Shown here one piece after another: positions 60,150-64,000 of a stretch of DNA of 64,000 bases. The first letter of the stretch is position 1. Each line of letters opens with the position of its first letter. The DNA is taken from NCBI GenBank assembly GCA_030390025.1, contig CM059425.1, positions 161,946,001 through 162,010,000 of the forward strand. The letters are read 5' to 3'. Source of the DNA: Squalus acanthias. Taxonomy: Eukaryota. Position numbers and translations under genes: made by a program. A model generated the notes under the pieces. The model saw nothing but the letters and a program-made list of their open reading frames with translations. It was not told where the DNA came from and did no database searches.

Positions 60150-63100
60150 GTTCAGGAAAGGGAGGGTGTGACTGTTAGGGAGCCGGGTAGCAGGCATTTA
60201 GGAGAGGTTGAGAAGGAGGTCCCACAGACACTGGTCTTGTCCAACAGGTATAATGACAGGAAGAAGAAGAAAAAGAAGAAGAAGAATGTACTTGCTACCT
60301 GTGAGGACAAGGAGAAAGACTGCAGGAAGGACAACCGTAATGCAGACCAAGGCACCGTGGCTCAGAAGGCTGTCCAAGAAGGGAAGAGCAGAATAGAAAT
60401 GTGGTAGTGATGGGGGTCTCTATAATTAGGGGGATAGATAGCGTCCTCTGCAGCCAAGAACGAGAATCCCGAAGGGTGTGTGACCTACCCGGTGCCAGTG
60501 TAAGGGACATCTCATAGCGGCTGGCGAGGAACTCGGAAAAGGAGGGGTTAAATCCAGTTGTCGTGGTCCATGTTGGAACAAACGACATAGGTAGGAATGG
60601 GGAGCAGGTCCTGCTGACAGAGTATCAGGAGTTAGGCTCTAAATTGAAAAGCAAGACCTCGAGGGTAATAATCTCTGGATTATTGCTCGAGCCACATGCA
60701 AATTGGCATAGAAGCAGACAGATCAGGAGAATTAACACGTGGCTAAAGGGCTGGTGTGGGAAAGAGGGGTTCCTTTTCATGGGACACTGGCACCAGTTCT
60801 GGGACAGGAAGGAACCGTACCGATGGGATGGGCTCCACCTGAACCGGGATGGGACCCGTGTCCTAGCGGAAAGGGTAAATGGGGAGGTGGCAATGGGAAT
60901 AAACTAGTAAGATGGGGGGAGGGATCTACAAGAAACGTAACCAGCCTAAATATAAACAAAACAGGAAAAGAAAGCATTGGAAAGAATAAAATATACGGAG
61001 GACATTGATGGCAAGGGAATAAATAGGGTTATATAACAGGAGTCTAAAAAGAAGGTTAAACATAAAGTGAGAGGAAATCCTATTAAAAATTAGCTAAACT
61101 GTCTGTACAGCAATGCACACAGGGTCCGTAATAAAACAGGGGACCTGGAGGCAATCACGCGTTGCGAGGAACCAGACATAGTAGGGATTACTGAGACATG
61201 GTTACAGAAAAATCAGGACTGGGAATTAAACATTGCAGGGTATAACATATTTAAAAAAGATAGAGAAGGGAAAAGGGGAGGTGGAGTAGCTGTACTTATT
61301 AGGGATAACATAATGGCAGTAGAAAAAAGTGACGCAGCTATCAGTAAGACAAAAATAGAATCCATATGGATAGAGATAAAAGATAATAAAGGATCAATCA
61401 CACCAATAAGTGTAGTCTACAGACCACCTAATAGTGGAAGGGAGGTGGAGGAAGAAATATGCAGGCAAATTAGGGAAATGAGTAAAAAACATAGAATAAT
61501 AATCATGGGGGATTTCAACTACCCCGATATTAATTGGACAGAAAAGGTAGGTAAAGGGGATAAGGGAATGGAGTTCCTACAATGTGTACAGGACTCCTTT
61601 CTAACCCAATATGTAAAAAGCCCAACAAGAGAGGATTCGCTATTGGATCTAGTAATGGGGAATGAACCAGAGCAGATAAGAAAAGTAAAAGTAGGGGAAC
61701 ATCTAGGCAATAGTGACCATAATATAATATGCTTTAAGATGATAATTGAGAAGGACATAAGTATGACAAAAACCAGGTTAATAGATTGGAGAAAAATATA
61801 TTTTATGGAGCTGAGAATAGAACTTGGGAAAATAAAATCGGCAACAATATTGGCAAACAACGATGCAGAACAACGTTTAAAATAGTGTTCAACAGAGTGT
61901 AGGAAAAATATATGCTGCTAAAAGGAAAAGAACAAACTAAACACCAATGAGACTCCATGGATGAATAAAGCCATAAGGGAACAATTGAGGGTAAGGAAAG
62001 AGGCATACATTAAGAACATGGACAGCAGGGGAGTGCATGATAAGGGAGAATACGAAGAGATTAGGAGAGAAGTCAAAAAAACAATTAGGAAGGCAAAGAG
62101 GAACTATGAAATTTAATTATCAAGGAACATAAAACAAAATAGTAAAATATTTTACAGGCACATCAATAAAAAAGGAACGTTGGGATGGGAATAGGGCCAT
62201 TAAGGGATAGACAGGATGATACCACCGGTAACGATAGAGAGATGGCAGAAATATTAAAGAATTATTTTGCTTCAGTATTTACCAGGGTGTTTTAAAACAG
62301 GTGGACATAGCATTGGATGATGAGATTAGTAATGAGATAAGTGCATTTAAAATAAAAAGAGGGGATATATTAAATAAACTAATCAATCTCAAAGAGGATA
62401 AAACCCCTGATCTGGATGGATTGCATCCACGCATTTCAAAAGAATCTAGGGAAGAGATAGCAGAGGCATTACTACACATATTTAATAATTCATTAGAAAA
62501 AGGTGTAGTGCCAGAAGACAGGCGGATAACTAACATAATACCTATATTCAAGAAGGGGGATAGAACATATCCAAGGAATTATAGACCAGTCGCTTAACAT
62601 CGGTGGTAGAAAATATAATGGAATCCCTACTAAAGGAGAAAATAGAAGAACATCTAGAAACCAAAAATATAATGGCCCAAAAATTAGTCCCGCGACGCGA
62701 GAGTACGCACTGCGTACTCTCGCGTATTCTGTCTCCAATTGCCGGTTTTCTGCATGCACTGCGCATGCGCTGAAAACCGGCACTTGGTTTTTGGAAAAGG
62801 GGGCGGTTCCTCGGTGCACCGCGTGCGCGCTACAGGCTGCACGCACGCTGTGCACTTAGTGCTTTGGACGCGCAGGTAAGGACGGAAGATTTTAGAAATG
62901 AAAAAAGGAGGAGTAAGACCCACTTTTAACAAGGTAAGTAGTGAATTAAGTATTATTTTGAATTTTTTTTTAACAGGTATATCTTTTTTAGAGACTTTAA
63001 AGACAGCTAAGTTTATTTTTATAACTTTTTAAAAGATTTTAAATTTTTTCAAAAATTGAATTTTTTATTTAAAATGGTTAATTTATTTAACTATACTTAT

Positions 63101-64000
63101 TTTATTAATGTGATGGTTTTTTTTTATTTAATTGAGGTTTAGCTGTTATTTTGGGGGTGTGTAAGATTCATAGCTTTCACAGCACTTATGTGAAACTTAT
63201 GAATGGAAGATGGTGTGCTGCCATTGGCTCTAACTGAGTCACGTGATCCCACAGCTCGCACGAATTCACTACGCCGGTGGGATACGCAAGCACTGCCCAG
63301 CTGATGTCTAGAACATCAAGTTCGTGCGAGCTGGATCTGAAAAAGCCAACGCGGAGTGAGAGATCGCGGGGAAGCCTTACCCCCGCGTCAACACTCAGTC
63401 TTTAATTTCTGGGCCAATAAGTAATAGTCAGCATGGATTTCAAAAGGGAAAGTCTTGCTTGACCAATCTCATTGAATTTTTTGAAGAGGTAACAGAGAGA
63501 GTAGACAATGGTAATGCAGTAGATGTAATTTATTTAGATTTTCAAAAGGCCTTCGATAAGGTACTCCATAATAGACTGATGAACAAGTTCAGAGAATGCG
63601 GAGTCAGGGGACAAGTAGCAGAATGGATAGCTAGCTGGCTTCAAGACAGAAAGCAGAGAGTAGGGTTAAAGGGTAGCTATTCACAGTGGCAGAAGGTGAG
63701 TTGTGGTGTTCCACAAGGATCAGTGCTGGGAACACTTGTTCACAATTTATATTAACGATTTAGAATTTGGCATCAAAAACACAATTTCTAAATTTGCGGA
63801 TGGCACCAAATTGGGAGGGATAGTCAATACTGAGGACGAGTACAACAAATTACAGGAGGACATTAATAAACTTGCAGAATGGGCATATAATTGGCAAATG
63901 AAGTTCAACACAGATAAATGTGAGGTATTACATTTTGGTTGGAAGAATAGGGAGGTCACTTATTACTTGGAGGGTGCGAGTCTAAGTGGGATAGAGGAAC
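60150..64000 (+). mobile_element. CR1 LINE (divergent family): ORF1 esterase and ORF2 APE/RT, decayed, runs off the window
   Basis: VHVGTNDIG...DGLHLN; VVYRPPN...GDFNYPDI...SDHN; YLDFQKAFDKV...GVPQGSVLG. Confidence 0.93.
62674..63415. mobile_element. Harbinger-type MITE inserted in CR1 ORF2
   Basis: TIR GGCCCAAAAATT / AATTTCTGGGCC; TSD AAT; shares internal blocks with 33629-34336. Confidence 0.88.

Noticed and set aside
60255..60290. (AAG)n tract giving a poly-Lys ORF
   Set aside because: Short microsatellite or retroelement tail inserted in CR1 ORF1; not coding.
1..64000. CRISPR arrays, operons, rRNA or intact tRNA genes
   Set aside because: None seen; the sequence is vertebrate intronic DNA and the tRNA-like motifs belong to SINE or LINE heads.

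Overview
Vertebrate genomic DNA, most likely from a shark or other cartilaginous fish (inferred from SacSINE1-type DeuSINEs, the CR1 families present and the host-gene sequence); not prokaryotic. The window lies in the 3' part of a KIAA0825 orthologue on the minus strand: four phase-compatible GT-AG coding exons (58527-58932, 34559-34715, 18921-19076, 16472-16566). The introns are packed with nested transposable elements: CR1 and L2 LINEs, a full-length decayed Tx1 retrotransposon, four gene-bearing PIF/Harbinger elements plus Harbinger-type MITEs, hAT and Tigger-like MITEs, two short solo LTRs, DeuSINEs, an LF-SINE-like relic and three Penelope-like insertions with hammerhead ribozyme motifs. 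Best leads: (1) the Tx1 element sits in the tRNA-like A box of a SINE, suggesting possible target specificity; (2) hammerhead-bearing Penelope mini-insertions with clear target-site duplications (TSDs); (3) a 282-bp, ~98% identical inverted duplication inside a Harbinger element that would form long dsRNA in the host pre-mRNA. Family names come from recognition, not database searches; boundaries without a stated TSD or splice site are approximate.
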